Assembly (NCBI GenBank): GCA_008632985.1
Contig: QPGO01000049.1
Location: 372,001 to 436,000, forward strand
Source: Psammoneis japonica
Taxonomy: Eukaryota
Reading direction: 5' to 3'
Length of the DNA stretch: 64,000 nucleotides
Shown in pieces: positions 49,221-61,559 of the stretch. The translations under genes and the position numbers were made by a program. The stretch's first letter is position 1. Each line of letters opens with the position of its first letter. Below the pieces are notes generated by a model that did not search any database, was not told where the DNA came from, and saw nothing but the letters and a program-made list of their open reading frames with translations.

Positions 49221-50810
49221 ATGTCATCAACAGGAGGAGGAGATGCATCGTCGACACAAGAAGCGATGAATTTGTTGGCCGAGTTGCTTCAGGAGCATCA
49301 GCAGCACAAACAAATGCTCGTGGATCTCAAGGCCAAAGAACGTGCGGCAACTCTAGTTTCTGTCCCGATGCTTCTGAATCAGGTTTGCAAGGCGCTGCGT
49401 GCCATGGGTTTGCTGGTTCGATTGTTTGGAGAAAATCTGGCCAATGTTCGTGATTGACTTCAACATGGGTTGGCCAAACAACAAGTGCGCAGTGAAAGTG
49501 AAGGTGCACAACAGCAAGAAGCTGCTGCCAAAACTTGGGTCGTGGAGGAGGAAGAAGGGCAGGTTACAAAATGCATGAGAGCATCTCAAGAACTTGTCAA
49601 GGCAAGGCAGAAAATTGTGCTGTTCTCTTTGGAACTGTCCAAGAGTTGTCTTGCCAAGGAACGGATGATTTGTCCAGGGGCAAAGCAAAAGCGTGCACAG
49701 AAACAGCTGGAGACAACAACTGAAAATGACGCAGGCATTGCAGAACTTGATCGAGTCAATGAGGGCTGTCTGAAGCTTCACAAACCACAATGTCAAGTGA
49801 CATTGCAGAGATTGCAACATGGGGATGAACGACCGCTTTCTGCCATTTGTGCCACCTCTGATGCTTGCCCAGTTGCCACGGGTGGTTGGAGCGGGTCGGT
49901 CAAGTTGTGGGATGGTTCGTCTTTGCAGATGAGTTTGATTGGTCACACATCCATGGCTCATGAGGATCAAATCACAGGTGTGGCCATTGCGTCGTCATCG
50001 CAGTCGAACAACCAGCCAGCGGCAACAGCATCCATTGACTTGACAGGGAAGTTGTTCAAGATTGCAGAGAATGACATTCACATGGAGACTGAAGATGATG
50101 ACAAGAACAAAAACAATGACGATGGCACATCATTGCTCTGCCACAGTTTTGAAGAGGTTGCTCATCTCAAGGGTCACGCAGTGCGCTTGTGCAAGGTGGC
50201 ATTTCATCCCACCCATGCATGTGTTGGGACCTGCAGCTGTGACCACAAGTGTCATCTCTGGGATGTGGAAACTTCAAAGATGTTGCTGCTTCAAGATGGA
50301 CACTGGAAGGAGATGTGTGGCATTGGTTTCCATCCCGATGGGTCTCTGTGCACCGCTGCTGATTTAGGAGGTGTCATTCAAGTTTGGGACTTGCGAACCG
50401 GCAAGTCGTCGCAAGTTGATTGGTGACTTTTTGGGTCACACCAAGCGGGTGCTTTGCTCTGACTTTTCACCCAATGGCTTTCATTTGGCAATGGCCGGTG
50501 ACGATGGGACCATCAAGGTGTGGGATTCACGAAAGAGAAAGAAACTGTCATTTGCAAACATTCCTGCTCATTCCAATCTAATGTCTCAGCTACGATGCAA
50601 TGTTTGCTCCGGAGGGGAGTCTCCAGTGTCTGTGAGTTTTGATGGGACAGCCAAAGTGTGTGGTCCGCGCGAGACCACAAGATGCTTTCCTCTCTCTGAG
50701 GACACAAGGGCAAGGCAATGGGAATTTATGTTGTGGGAGCAAGCACTGGAGCCATTGTCACCAGTGGATGTGACAAGACCATCAAGTTTTGGAAGCAGCG
50801 GGAACACACA
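49221..50810 (+). pseudogene. PRP4: Hypermutated copy of the U4/U6 snRNP protein Prp4 gene (SFM domain plus WD40)
   Basis: VSVPMLLNQVCKALRAMGLLVRLFGENLANVRD* (PRP4/SFM motif, Arg->TGA); GDERPLS; LKGHAVRLCKVAFHP; LLLQDGHWKEMCGIGFHPDGSL; FSPNGFHLAMAGDDGTIKVWD; IPAHSNLMS. Stops and frameshifts; TA almost absent. Confidence 0.85.
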
Positions 50811-51233
50811 GAATCTGGAAATCACTTGATTTCCATGCTTGGCTCCTTCGCCATTCGTGCACATGAGGGAGGCACAAAAAAAGGCAGAGGACAAGAATTG
50901 GAAAAAATCCACCCACACACTCTCTAAAGATTGTGGCACTTCCTGTGCTTCTTTCACAACATCTCCTTCCGACATGTTCAATGTGCTCCATGGCACGAGA
51001 TGCAGAAAGGAGGAAATTGCATTTTCCAACTGCTCTCTGCTGTGGAGAGACTCTCTCTCTCTCTCTCTCTCTCTCTAGAGCAGAGAGAGCAGAGATGTCA
51101 TGGAGAAGCATGAGCAAATTTTCCAAAACTGTTGCACACAAATGACGATGCAAAGCATGTGACAAACCAACAGATGGACACATGTGTGTCTCTGGTGAGA
51201 TTCCGGGTGCCGGATTCCATTGATCTCTCCCAC

Positions 51234-52075
51234 AAGAATCAAGATGGCATCTGCACGCAAGCCCATCTCCCAAACAACTGCAAGAAAGTACAAGATGAAC
51301 AATGATTGGATCAAGCCGTCCAAAGCCAAGTGCAGACCTCCATCAATCAGACCTGCGACCAAGTCAAAGAGGTGCAATGCAAACAGATGAACTCTCCCTC
51401 TTCACCCAACACATGATCAAGGCATCAGCTCAATGCAAAAGCCTGGACAGCACAGCAAAAAGATTGATGGAACAATGCACCATGAAATGCTGAATGAGTG
51501 TTCTCCAGAACCCACAACCATTGGCTTGAATGATGGCTCTCCTCAAGGACCAAGCTCCCCCCACGTCAACATGACAGCACAGTGGGCGACCTTGCTCTGT
51601 CAGCTCTTTGACTCACCTTTGGTGGAAGCCCAAATCCAAATGTTTGGGGTGAGCCTGACACATCTGAAACAATCTGCTGTGACATTGCCAATGACATCCT
51701 CCACAGCAGTGCATGGGACCCCTCATGCCAGCAAAAACCCAGTGCTGCAAAACCACACTCCACAACCAAAATTTGAAAGCCCCAACATCACTTTTGCCAC
51801 AGCATGAGAGCTTCAAGCAGATGCACCAGTCAACAATGACAAGAGGAAGGCAGATGTGTGCATTGTGACACCATTGTGTGGTCACACATTGCACACACAG
51901 GTGGCAACAACATCAAACAAGGAGAAGGAGCAGTCTTGTCAGGCATGCACACCATTGGAAGACCTGTGCATCCAAAAAAAGACTTGCCATGCAACAATCT
52001 GATGTGCCTCATAAAGCCAATGGCAGAATTTTGCCTTGAAGAACTCAAGATCATTCTCGGTTGGCTCCTGGACAC
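51234..52075 (+). mobile_element. Second, deleted fragment of the Ngaro-like element
   Basis: 51234-51580 matches ~26238-26600 and joins directly to sequence matching ~27760-28245 (junction atgacagcac|agtgggcgac). Confidence 0.85.
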
Positions 52076-52318
52076 ATGAGTGGAAAAGATCCGCACTGTT
52101 TCAGTCGTGGCGCGGGTGCTATTACTGCAGTCGTACGTGCGGTGTCTCATCATTGACACCGGGTTCAACGTGGATTCTACACGGGGTCAGAATTCTAAAT
52201 TTTTGATCCCAGTCATCTTGAATCTCGTTGTCACTTGTTCACAATCCCCGGATTGAAGGAACTCATCCCGCCATGGTAGTCTCTCTCTACTCTACCGGTA
52301 GAGGGCTCTAGTCCCACC

Positions 52319-54603
52319 ATGAATCGTTCCAACAAGGCATCCATGACGTCGTACACAGATTCGCTTTTGAAGCGAAAACCAAGCGCCTATCGTCGTCATG
52401 GTCTAGAAGAAATCAATGAAGACATTCAGCCAATCTTTCCACCCGCCGTCGCCAGCGCATCTGGAGTGAGTCCTCAAAGGAGGAGAGAACCTGTGTGGTA
52501 ATGTATGCTGCTCATTTTGTTGTTGTTCATCGCTTCTTTGTTTTGTTGGCATGAAAGATTTCGGAGGGTGCAGAGCCACGCGAGGGCACAGCTGATGTTT
52601 CCAGGAACGCGGGAATACTTCAAGACACAACCGAATCCAAGCGAGATGCACCGTGGCTTGATTTTCACGAGAACAATACTCGCAACGTACAAGCAACGAA
52701 GGATATGAAGGTAGCACCGAATTACAAGAAGAAGGCCAGCTCCGCGGACGTCGAGGTTGTAGACAATGCAGTTCGCAACCAGCGGCCAACATTGTATGAA
52801 CGGAAGGTAGCTGCAGCAATCGAAACCGACAAGAAGAAAAAGGTCAGGAATGCACGTTCAAGGGGCACGGAAGACAATAATGATGTAGGATCCATGTCGC
52901 TGTCTCCGCCGCAGAGGTCTTCATTGTCGACGCACCAGAACTCAGCAGTAACTTTGCATGAATTCGACACAAGACCACCGCCGCAAGGAGGGACCGCAGG
53001 CTCAAGCACAAGGGTCGGTGCTCATGCCATTGCGGGTCCTGAAGCTCCCACGGATGAATCCACTCTCCGGGACGACAGTCAAGACGCAATCACGATTAAC
53101 TCAGAACAAGCTCCACAGACGGTTGTCGCACACGCGGTTACCAATGAGGATATGGCCAATGAAATCCGTGAAGAATTGCGCTACGAAATAAGACAAGAAG
53201 TGCTTGATCAAGCCGTCAATGCCGAAGCTGTGAACGTTGTAGTGTCTACCGGGAATGATGGAAATCCGTCTGATAGTGACAAAGCGGCTGAAGAAGGGCG
53301 TTTTTGGAAACGCAAATCATTTATCATTTCTTCAATCATCATACTCATTGCAATTGTGGGGGCAGTGGTTGGGGCGGTGCTTGGCAGCAGTGGTGGTAGC
53401 GGAGAGTCACCATCCGCGACGGTATCTCCTACATTTAGTCCGGCTCCCACATCTACTCCCGCACCTTCGCAAAGTCCAGCAACCGTAACCGTCTTACAAA
53501 CGATACAGGGTGCTGAGGAGGGGAGCAGGTTTGGTGGAGATGTTGCTGTCTCGAGAGACGGCGGCACAATTGCAGTGGGTGCCAACCAGGGCAACACAGT
53601 AACTGCCTATAGACGGAGTGATTCTCAGTGGAATCAAATCGGTCAAGTGCTTCGTGGCAGCGGCGGAGAGTTCGGGCACCGGGTGCATATAAATAGTGAT
53701 GGTACCAGAGTCGCTGTTGGTGCAAGGGTGTTTGGAGAAGATAAAGCCGGCCAAGTCCAGGCATTTGAGCTCAAACAGCCCGAGGAAGTCGAGTGGTTGC
53801 CACAGGGTGGACCAATCAATGGTAGTGAACCTGGTGATGAATTTGGATGGGAGGTGGCCGTATCCGATAGCGGAGGGACAATGGCTGTGACAGCCAGACT
53901 TGGTGATCCTTCCGGCAGGCTGGACGCGGGATACGTGCGGGTTTACATTTGGAGGAGCAATTGGACACAGCTTGGTCAGGACCTGGAGGGCGAGATCGCA
54001 CTTGACTCATTCGGTCGTTCTGTAGCGCTTGATGCTACCGGGCGTCGAGTCGCCGTAGGTATCATACATGCCGGAGGTAGCTTTGGGAGTGTTCAGGTTT
54101 TTGACTACGTTGGTGAGAGTTGGATCCAGGTGGGCCAAGACATAAATGGAGAGGAGTTTGAAGCTTGGCACGGAACGAGCGTTGCACTTTCCAAAGATGG
54201 CTCCGTTTTAGCCATCGGAGCCGGTGGAAGCGACGCTGCCGGGACCAACTCCGGGATGGTCCGAGTCTTTGAACTTTCTGGAAGCAGGTGGGTTCAGCGT
54301 GGCTCGAATATCCTTGGGCGAGCACCTTTAGGCAAGCTTGGTGGCGGACACTTGAGCTTGTCTGATGATGGAAACCTTGTTGCTGCTGGAGCTCAAAACC
54401 TACAAAAAGAAATCGGCGCCGCTTACATCTTTCGGTACGACGATGCTGTTTCCGATTGGGTGCAGACTGCTGAGGTCACCGGAGACAAAGAGAAAGACGA
54501 TTTTGGTGAGTCGATTTCTCTCTCAGGCGATGGATCGGTTCTTGCTGTAGGGGCACCGGACAATGGAAATGGATACGTTCGGGTGTTCCAGGTAGAATAT
54601 TGA
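52319..54603 (+). CDS. Intact single-pass membrane protein with an FG-GAP-like beta-propeller; one 5' intron ending at about 52557
   Basis: Exon 1 MNRSNKAS... splices into the 632-aa ORF: VGAHAI motif, TM IISSIIILIAIVGAVVGAVLG, PT linker, repeats FGGDVAVSRDGGTIAVGA, FGRSVALDATGRRVAVG and FGESISLSGDGSVLAVGAP. Normal TA and Tyr content. Confidence 0.9.
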
Positions 54604-55248
54604 TGTTTTCTTGTTTCAGGGGTTCGCGCTCAGGAGGCGATGGTTCTTCTCCCAGTTCTTCTCCATTTGTTGGGCGATGGAAGGCGGTGCCCCCATATGC
54701 ACGTTTCACGAGTACTATTATTTGTTGCACGTTTGCGCCTTTCAAAAGTCAAAATTCCTGATCGTCAATTCACGTTGACGTGGAAATGTTCTACCACAGA
54801 AGGCACTATGATAGCTACCACCTCGTAAAAGAAACCAAGTTATGCATGCATGTCTCCCTATGAATATGTCCATCTTTTTCAACCAGTTGAGTGGCTGTCT
54901 CTTGGGTCTTCAACACCTTTGTCCAACACGGGCGAGAGAGTCGACGTGGGGCGACAGCGCAGAGTAAGTGTCGTTCGGTATGCGACCACAATCATGCAAA
55001 ACATCATGATCGCTACCACCGCAGTAACGGAGGTCACTTTAATCTCCATCCAGTCCAGGACAGAAAAATTGCCAGTGGCTAATATTTAGGTGGGGGCTGC
55101 ATGATTCTCACGATATCCTTATGGGTTTCGGAGTGATACGTCGGTACAACAGAATCTCACTGGTTCCTTTTCGTAAAACTGTAGCTTCTGACATGATGTT
55201 AAATTGCGCGATTTTTCTTCAGCTGCCTACTCATGTGTCTTTTCTCAA

Positions 55249-55745
55249 TCAAGGGGAAATATCAACTCCGCCGACACCAACTTCAATGACATCATCTTCC
55301 TTGGGTGTCTTGCCTTCTTGCGATTTCTTCTGTGGGAAAACTTTAAAATAGTCATCATCTGCAGTCAAAATTGTTAATATAGGGCTCTTTGTTCTTGAGT
55401 TGAAGCTAAGAACTTGAAGCATGATCACTACTTACCAACGCTGGCACCCTCTGAAGCATATGTTATACGCAAGCCATCCAAAGGTATTCCCTTCCCGGGA
55501 TGAGTGTCAAGAGCCCGACACACCATGACAAACTGGTCCTTATCCATATCCTGACCACTAGTAGTCAGTTGAAGCGAACGGAGTTCCTCATAGTTCAAGA
55601 ATCCATCGCCATCCTTGTCAAAGTGCTCAAAAAGGGCGCGGACTCGATCTCGGAATTGTTCTGAAAAATCTTGCTTATCGGACTGAAAGATAGCAGTCAC
55701 GTCACCATCCATTTTCGAATCTGTTGTCTCTTGTCGTTTACTCAT
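55249..55745 (-). CDS. Small EF-hand protein, two exons
   Basis: FEHFDKDGDGFLNYEEL is a canonical EF-hand. GTAAGT donor near 55435; exon 2 reads DYFKVFPQKK...GVDISP*. Confidence 0.8.
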
Positions 55746-56951
55746 GTGAATGTGATCCTATGGACTGTTTGTTCAAGTCGTTAGTCACTTATTTTCGGTC
55801 ATGCTCTGGTAGTAGACCGGTCTTCTCCCTTCGTGATTTTTCGTGAGTTTGGGTTTGCTTGCGTTGTCACCTAATGAATACGTGTGGATTAGACCCTGTC
55901 CAAACACTATCATACGTATGATCATACCTGACGTCATAGCGCCTAAAATGAGCCTCTTCGAAAAAATTAGTGGTTATTAGCCCTATGCATGACGTAATTT
56001 TAGGCCATACCAACTTTCATGAGGATGTTTGTTCTCGCGAGAACAGACTTCCTCTGAAACATCATACCCCAACATCATACCCCACCGACGAAACACGAAA
56101 ACAACCGATATGCATCGTTTTTTGATACGTCCAAAGCGCATGTGGCTGTATATTATATGAGGCAACCACATAAGACCATGCATGAGCCGCTTGTTGTCTT
56201 TGGGGGGCTTTGTGTGCCATTCTGGACTCTTCTGACACAACCATTTTGCCAAACATGTCATGCTCTCTTACGGACAACTGATTTAGCCATAAGTTATACA
56301 TAAGCATGATTTTTTTATCAATAGGTGTCCTTTGTATGGCTTATTGTCGCCTTATGGTTGCGTTTTCGTCGTCATGGTCATGTCGCTCTCGTCGTGTTGT
56401 TATCGCTGGTTCATTCATGTTGTATCTGGTGTTGCTTCGCGTACTGTAAGTTTGAATCATTCGATTAATGTCTATGAGGTACGTACTATCATACGTACCG
56501 TACGAATGTGTTTGGACAGAACATTACGTACGTACGGGTATGACCTATGACGTCATCATAAAAGCCTGCGTGACGTGGGTATGATAGTCTTAGGGCCCTA
56601 CTGTAGGGCCCTACCGGTACAGACGGTGCATGGGGGGTCGCAAAAATGCCATGCTTCATAACCTTTTCAGGACGCCTGGCTTTGGTACGTTTGCCCCGCG
56701 CAATTGAACTAAATAAATCGCAGCGAACCATACCGTGGGACCGCGACTTGATTGCGCGTGAGCGAGTGGAGCGAGCGTTGAGTTTTTCAATTTTTCACGG
56801 GAGGCAAAATCAATAAGGGTGAGTTCCTATCCTTGGTTCTATCCTTCTTTGAGTCTCTACCGGTTGGTGGAGGACCTACCCTTCCATTTTCTGCAACGAT
56901 TTTGACCACTTGATTCTATAGTTAATATTTCCCAGAGGTTATTGAGAAAGG

Positions 56952-59362
56952 ATGCGCATGCGAATACGATTACCTCGCCAGCTATCTTTCTGCATGAAGA
57001 TATTGGTTGTTGCAGTTGCTTTGCAAGTCATTTGGTCAGCATGCAGACTCCCAAGTGGCATAACCGACGGAATGAGACCATCGATTCTTGAGCGACGTCA
57101 TGGAACTCTGTACAATCCGAAACCACAATTTGTAGTCATGGACTTGAACGGCAATGCGACAATACTTGATGGTGTTGACCTTCCCCTGATTCACGACGAT
57201 TTCATAGATGATAGAGAGCCGTGGATAAATCGGGACGACGACGCAGAGGAAGAAGAGTGTACGCTCATGTATGACTGGCAGACAAAACCTTATTCAACAT
57301 GCAACACAATGCACGAAAGTTCATTTTCTTATCTTGATGACGGTAGCGATGCATTTCTTATGGTGGCTTCGGGAGCGCACCGTATCGTATCTCGCTTGGA
57401 TGAATCGGCTGAAACACGGTGGGCTCTCAAAACTCCGCATGTGAAAAGCCCATTGGGGTCTTCAACCTTGTTTAATGGAGGGATTGATGCCACAATTTCA
57501 GAAAAGCTAACGTCGTCACAAAATGTGGCGAGTATTTTCGGCTTTTGCGGCGCTTCGTCTCTCTACGAATGGTCAGATGAAGGAGCATTAGTCGACACCT
57601 ATGTTGGTTTGAATAGAGGAGAACGTTTGCATGCGGCTCTCGATGCTGCCAGGGGACTTGCCGACTTTCACAAGCTTGGAGGGGGCGCACGTTCGCCGTT
57701 TTTACACAACGATCTTGGGTCCGATCAATACGTTAAACTCCATGGAAGGTATCAGTTGAACGACTTTAACTGCGCAAGAATACTGAAATGGAATAAGAAG
57801 AAAAATGAGATTTGCATGTGGACGAAAAACCCACATCCTGATAGAAACAGAGCACCTGAGGAGCAGGAAGGATCAACAACAAATGTCGATGGATACGCCG
57901 TTCTTGACGAGAATACTGATACATACGTTCTTGGAAACATTTTCTACCAACTTTTGATGAACAAACGCAAATACGACGACATGAAAACAAGAAACGCTGC
58001 GGAACTAATATTGGCCGGGATGTTCCGAATCTCCCTGGGGCGTTTGAGACTAGCACGGATGTTGTCGTAGTTGCTCTCAGAACAGCCATGCGCATGTGTC
58101 TTGTTCTTGATCCCGGAAAGAGAGCAAAGTCATCAGAAGTGGCCGCCTATCTCGAGGAAGAAGTGAAAAAGCTTGATCAGGAGAGTAGCGATCAGTTGAA
58201 TCGACCCTGGGAGGTCCCGAATGAAGCTCCGTACAATCCGAAGCCACAATCTGTATCCATGGGCTTGGACGGCGATGTCGCAATAGTTGATGCTGTCGAC
58301 ATGCCCCTGATCAACGACGATTTCAGAGAAGACAGCGAGCCGTGGATGAATCGTGACGACAATGACGAGGAAGAAGAAGAATGCACGATGATGTATGACT
58401 GGCAAACAAAACCGCATCCAACATGCAACACAATGCACGAAAGTTCCTTTTCCTATCTTGATGATAACGACGTATTTCATATGGTGGCTTCTGGCGTGAA
58501 TCGTGTCGTATACCGCCTGGATGAATCGGATGAAACACGATGGGCTCTCAAAACTCGGCATGTAAAAAGCTCGTTTGGGTCTTCAGCAATCTTGAATGAA
58601 GTTATTGACTCCGCAATTTCAGATAAGTTATCGTCTTCGCAAAATGTTGCAAGTATATTTGGCTTTTGCGGCGCTGCGTCTCTCTACGAATGGGCCGATG
58701 AAGGAACACTAGAAGACAATTATATGGATTTGAATCGAGGTGAACGTTTGCATGCGGCTCTTGATGCTGCCAGGGGACTTGCCGATTTCCACAATCTTGG
58801 AGGGGGTACGCGCTCACCGTTTGTACACAACGACCTCGCGACCCGGCAGTACGTCAAACTCCATGGAAGGTATCAGTTGAACGACTTTAACTGCGCGAGA
58901 ATACTAAAATGGAATAAGAAGAAGAATGAGCTCTGCAAATGGATGAAGAACCCACACCCTGGGAGAAACAGAGCACCCGAGGAGCAGGAAGGAGCCAAGA
59001 CACATGTCGACGGATACGCCGTTCTTGACGAGAACACTGATACGTACGTTCTTGGTAACATCTTCTATCTGCTTTTGATGAATAAAGGCAAATACGATGA
59101 CATGAAAACAAGCGATGCTGCCAAACTCATTGTGGCTGGAGACGTTCCCAAGCTTCCAGAGTCTTTTGAAGCAAGCAATGATATTGTGGTAGCTGCTCTC
59201 AGGACAGCCATGCGTATGTGTATTATTCTCAATCCCGAAAACCGACCAAGGTCATCAGAAGTGGCCGAGTATCTCGAGAAGCAAGTGAAGAAGCTAGAAC
59301 AAGAGAGTAGCGAACAGTTGAATCGACCCTGGAAGGTCCCGAATGACGAGAACACGGAATAG
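56952..59362 (+). CDS. Signal-anchored protein with two tandem protein-kinase domains (PKDCC/VLK-like); 1-nt frameshift at about 58017
   Basis: Each half has WALK, HNDL, LNDFN, RAPEE and DTYVLG. Adding one G to the GGG run at 58017-58019 restores AGDVPNLPGAFE, matching AGDVPKLPESFE in the second half. Confidence 0.85.
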
Positions 59363-59605
59363 TCATGTCATGCTTGGAATACTGTCTTCGCTATGCCGCT
59401 AGTTTTCTGAATTCAAACTCTGGGCTCAGCCAGAATCGTGATCATTCTCGTTCTTTGCATGTTTAAGCCGGGTTGATCTTTTTTTGATGTCTTCGTTCCC
59501 CAGAAACAAGAAGAATTTCAACAACGACAAAGAGTTGAAAAGTATGTGTAGCAAATATTTTTAATTTTAATGTAGCTAGCACTTTTATTTATCCGGTTCA
59601 CATCT

Positions 59606-61274
59606 CTATGAACCCTTCTTCAGAAATTCCAGACCAGATGTAACTTTAGCAGACGAAATTATATCGCCTTCTTTGATGTCGCTCAAGTAATCGGCACCCT
59701 CAACGACGTATCCAAAGCTGGCAAAAGGGTAGATTACAAAGAAATCGGCGCGAACACGACGTTAGAGGATTCAGCGTCAACGGATGCAAGTTAAAGATCT
59801 TCCCAAAACTTACCAAGGGTAGCGACCGTCTAAGACGTTCTTTCCCGCCGGAGTCAAATCGGAATCAAACAAGAGCCAGAAGAACTGGCTGCTTCCAGAA
59901 TTGGCATCGTACTCCTCCCTTGCCCATCCCATGGCACCATAGCTCGAAAACGGGAGCACAGTCGCTTGACCACCCCTTCCCTCATCCTCAATTGTTGTCT
60001 CATAGAAGGGACCTTCATCACCCTTGACGAAAATTTCCAACGGTATCAAGCGCTCCCCGTGCTTACCTGCCCCCACGCTCTTGGAAGGGGATGCGACATA
60101 CCCTTCAGCCTCTCCTTCTGGGTCGCCAGTCTGGACAACAAATCCATCACTACGTTGGATCTGCATGTTGTCATAGAACCCCTTGTTGACAAGTTCGACG
60201 AAATTTCCACCCGTAACAGGAGCTAGGACAGGCGTTGATGGGCAGAAAACGTCTCATTGAGGCAACAAGACACGGGGCGTGTACAGCTCTGAAAAAAATT
60301 CACTCACCTGTGTAACCGTCTATGATCATTGTCATTTGAGCATCGGGAAAGTTTTCTCCATTCACTCGAAAAGGCCCGCCGTCTGCTTTCTTAAACTTCA
60401 TCACGACGGTTGCTCGTCCACCTTCCAACTGAGGCAAATCACTGTAGTCGCTGGGAACGGGTGTCTTGTAGCCAGCAGGAACCATTTGTTCTTCAAGAGT
60501 TGTGAGTTGTTTCTGCAACTCATCCTGAGCCTTGTATGCCTTGTCCAAGGCAGTACGTTCCTGTTCGGATCCTTGGAATGCATCTGCCGAATCTTTGAGT
60601 GCGGCGTCAAGTGGACCGAGCGTGTCTGCCATTTTTTCGAGAATCGAAGTGCACACCTTTCCATCGCGACAGGAAGGAATCATTTTTGATGCTTTGGAAT
60701 TGATTGCGGTCCTTGATTTCTTAACATCATCCAGGGCAGCAGACTTTCGCTTAGAAGCAATGTCCAGCCGAATATCTTCCACCGATTCCTGAAGCTTTCG
60801 AACCTATGGCAAAGGTACAAATCAAAGTTTGAACTCTCATCTATCATCTATCACCAATTCAATGTTTTGCCTACATCAAATTCAAACGGGCCTTACCTCT
60901 TTGTTATTGATTGGGAGACCATATCGAAGCAACGACTCGGGGTCTTTATTGACACGACTGCCACTTCCCGATGCCATTTCTTTTGCGTTCGCCACACATG
61001 TCAAAGGCGTCTCAACGTTGTACGAAATTGCCGGTCCAGCCAACGAAGCAGGTGACGCCCATAGAGCACCAGCGACAAAGGCTGCACCAATGGCATTTGT
61101 AACGTGCAGTTTGATCGGATGGTTCCGCCAATAACCCTCGTCGCCTTGATTGTCACCACGAGATGATGCCGAAAGTTCTGTGGAAACATCAGCTCTACAC
61201 GGCGCAATGCAGCTTCCTGGGACAAACGCAGATGCAGGAGCAATCAGTAGCACTGAAAGGATGACTTTCTTCAT
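59606..61274 (-). CDS. Plastid cyclophilin-type PPIase (CYP37/CYP38/TLP40-like), four exons
   Basis: MKKVILSVLLIAPASAFVP (ASAF motif) with a lumenal ASLA signal; KDPESLLRYGLPI; LPQLEGGRATV; IDGYT|APVTGGNFVELV; FVVQTGDP; NSGSSQFFWLL; LDGRYP. Confidence 0.9.
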
Positions 61275-61559
61275 ATTTGAGAGTCTCAAAGCCACTTTCT
61301 CCAATAAATTGCTAAACAAGTAGCCTGTTTGCAAATGCAGCGGCAATATATCGACACTTGTCACTTCCTGCAAAAGATTTTGTGATTTGTGAAGATGCGC
61401 TCCTCATGTTGAGCTGATGTGTTGCGTAGAAGTTGTACGGAAGCCTACGCAAGCTGACCACTGACTGACTCACGTCACTGATGACACGGACGCACGAAAG
61501 ATTTTTTTGTACGACTGCGACGACTCGCACGACGCGCACAGTCTACAGCACTGCACTCC

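Noticed and set aside
56952..59362. Two separate kinase genes or programmed frameshifting
   Set aside because: A single missing G in a homopolymer joins them seamlessly, and no slippery-site structure is evident; an assembly error or simple indel is more likely.
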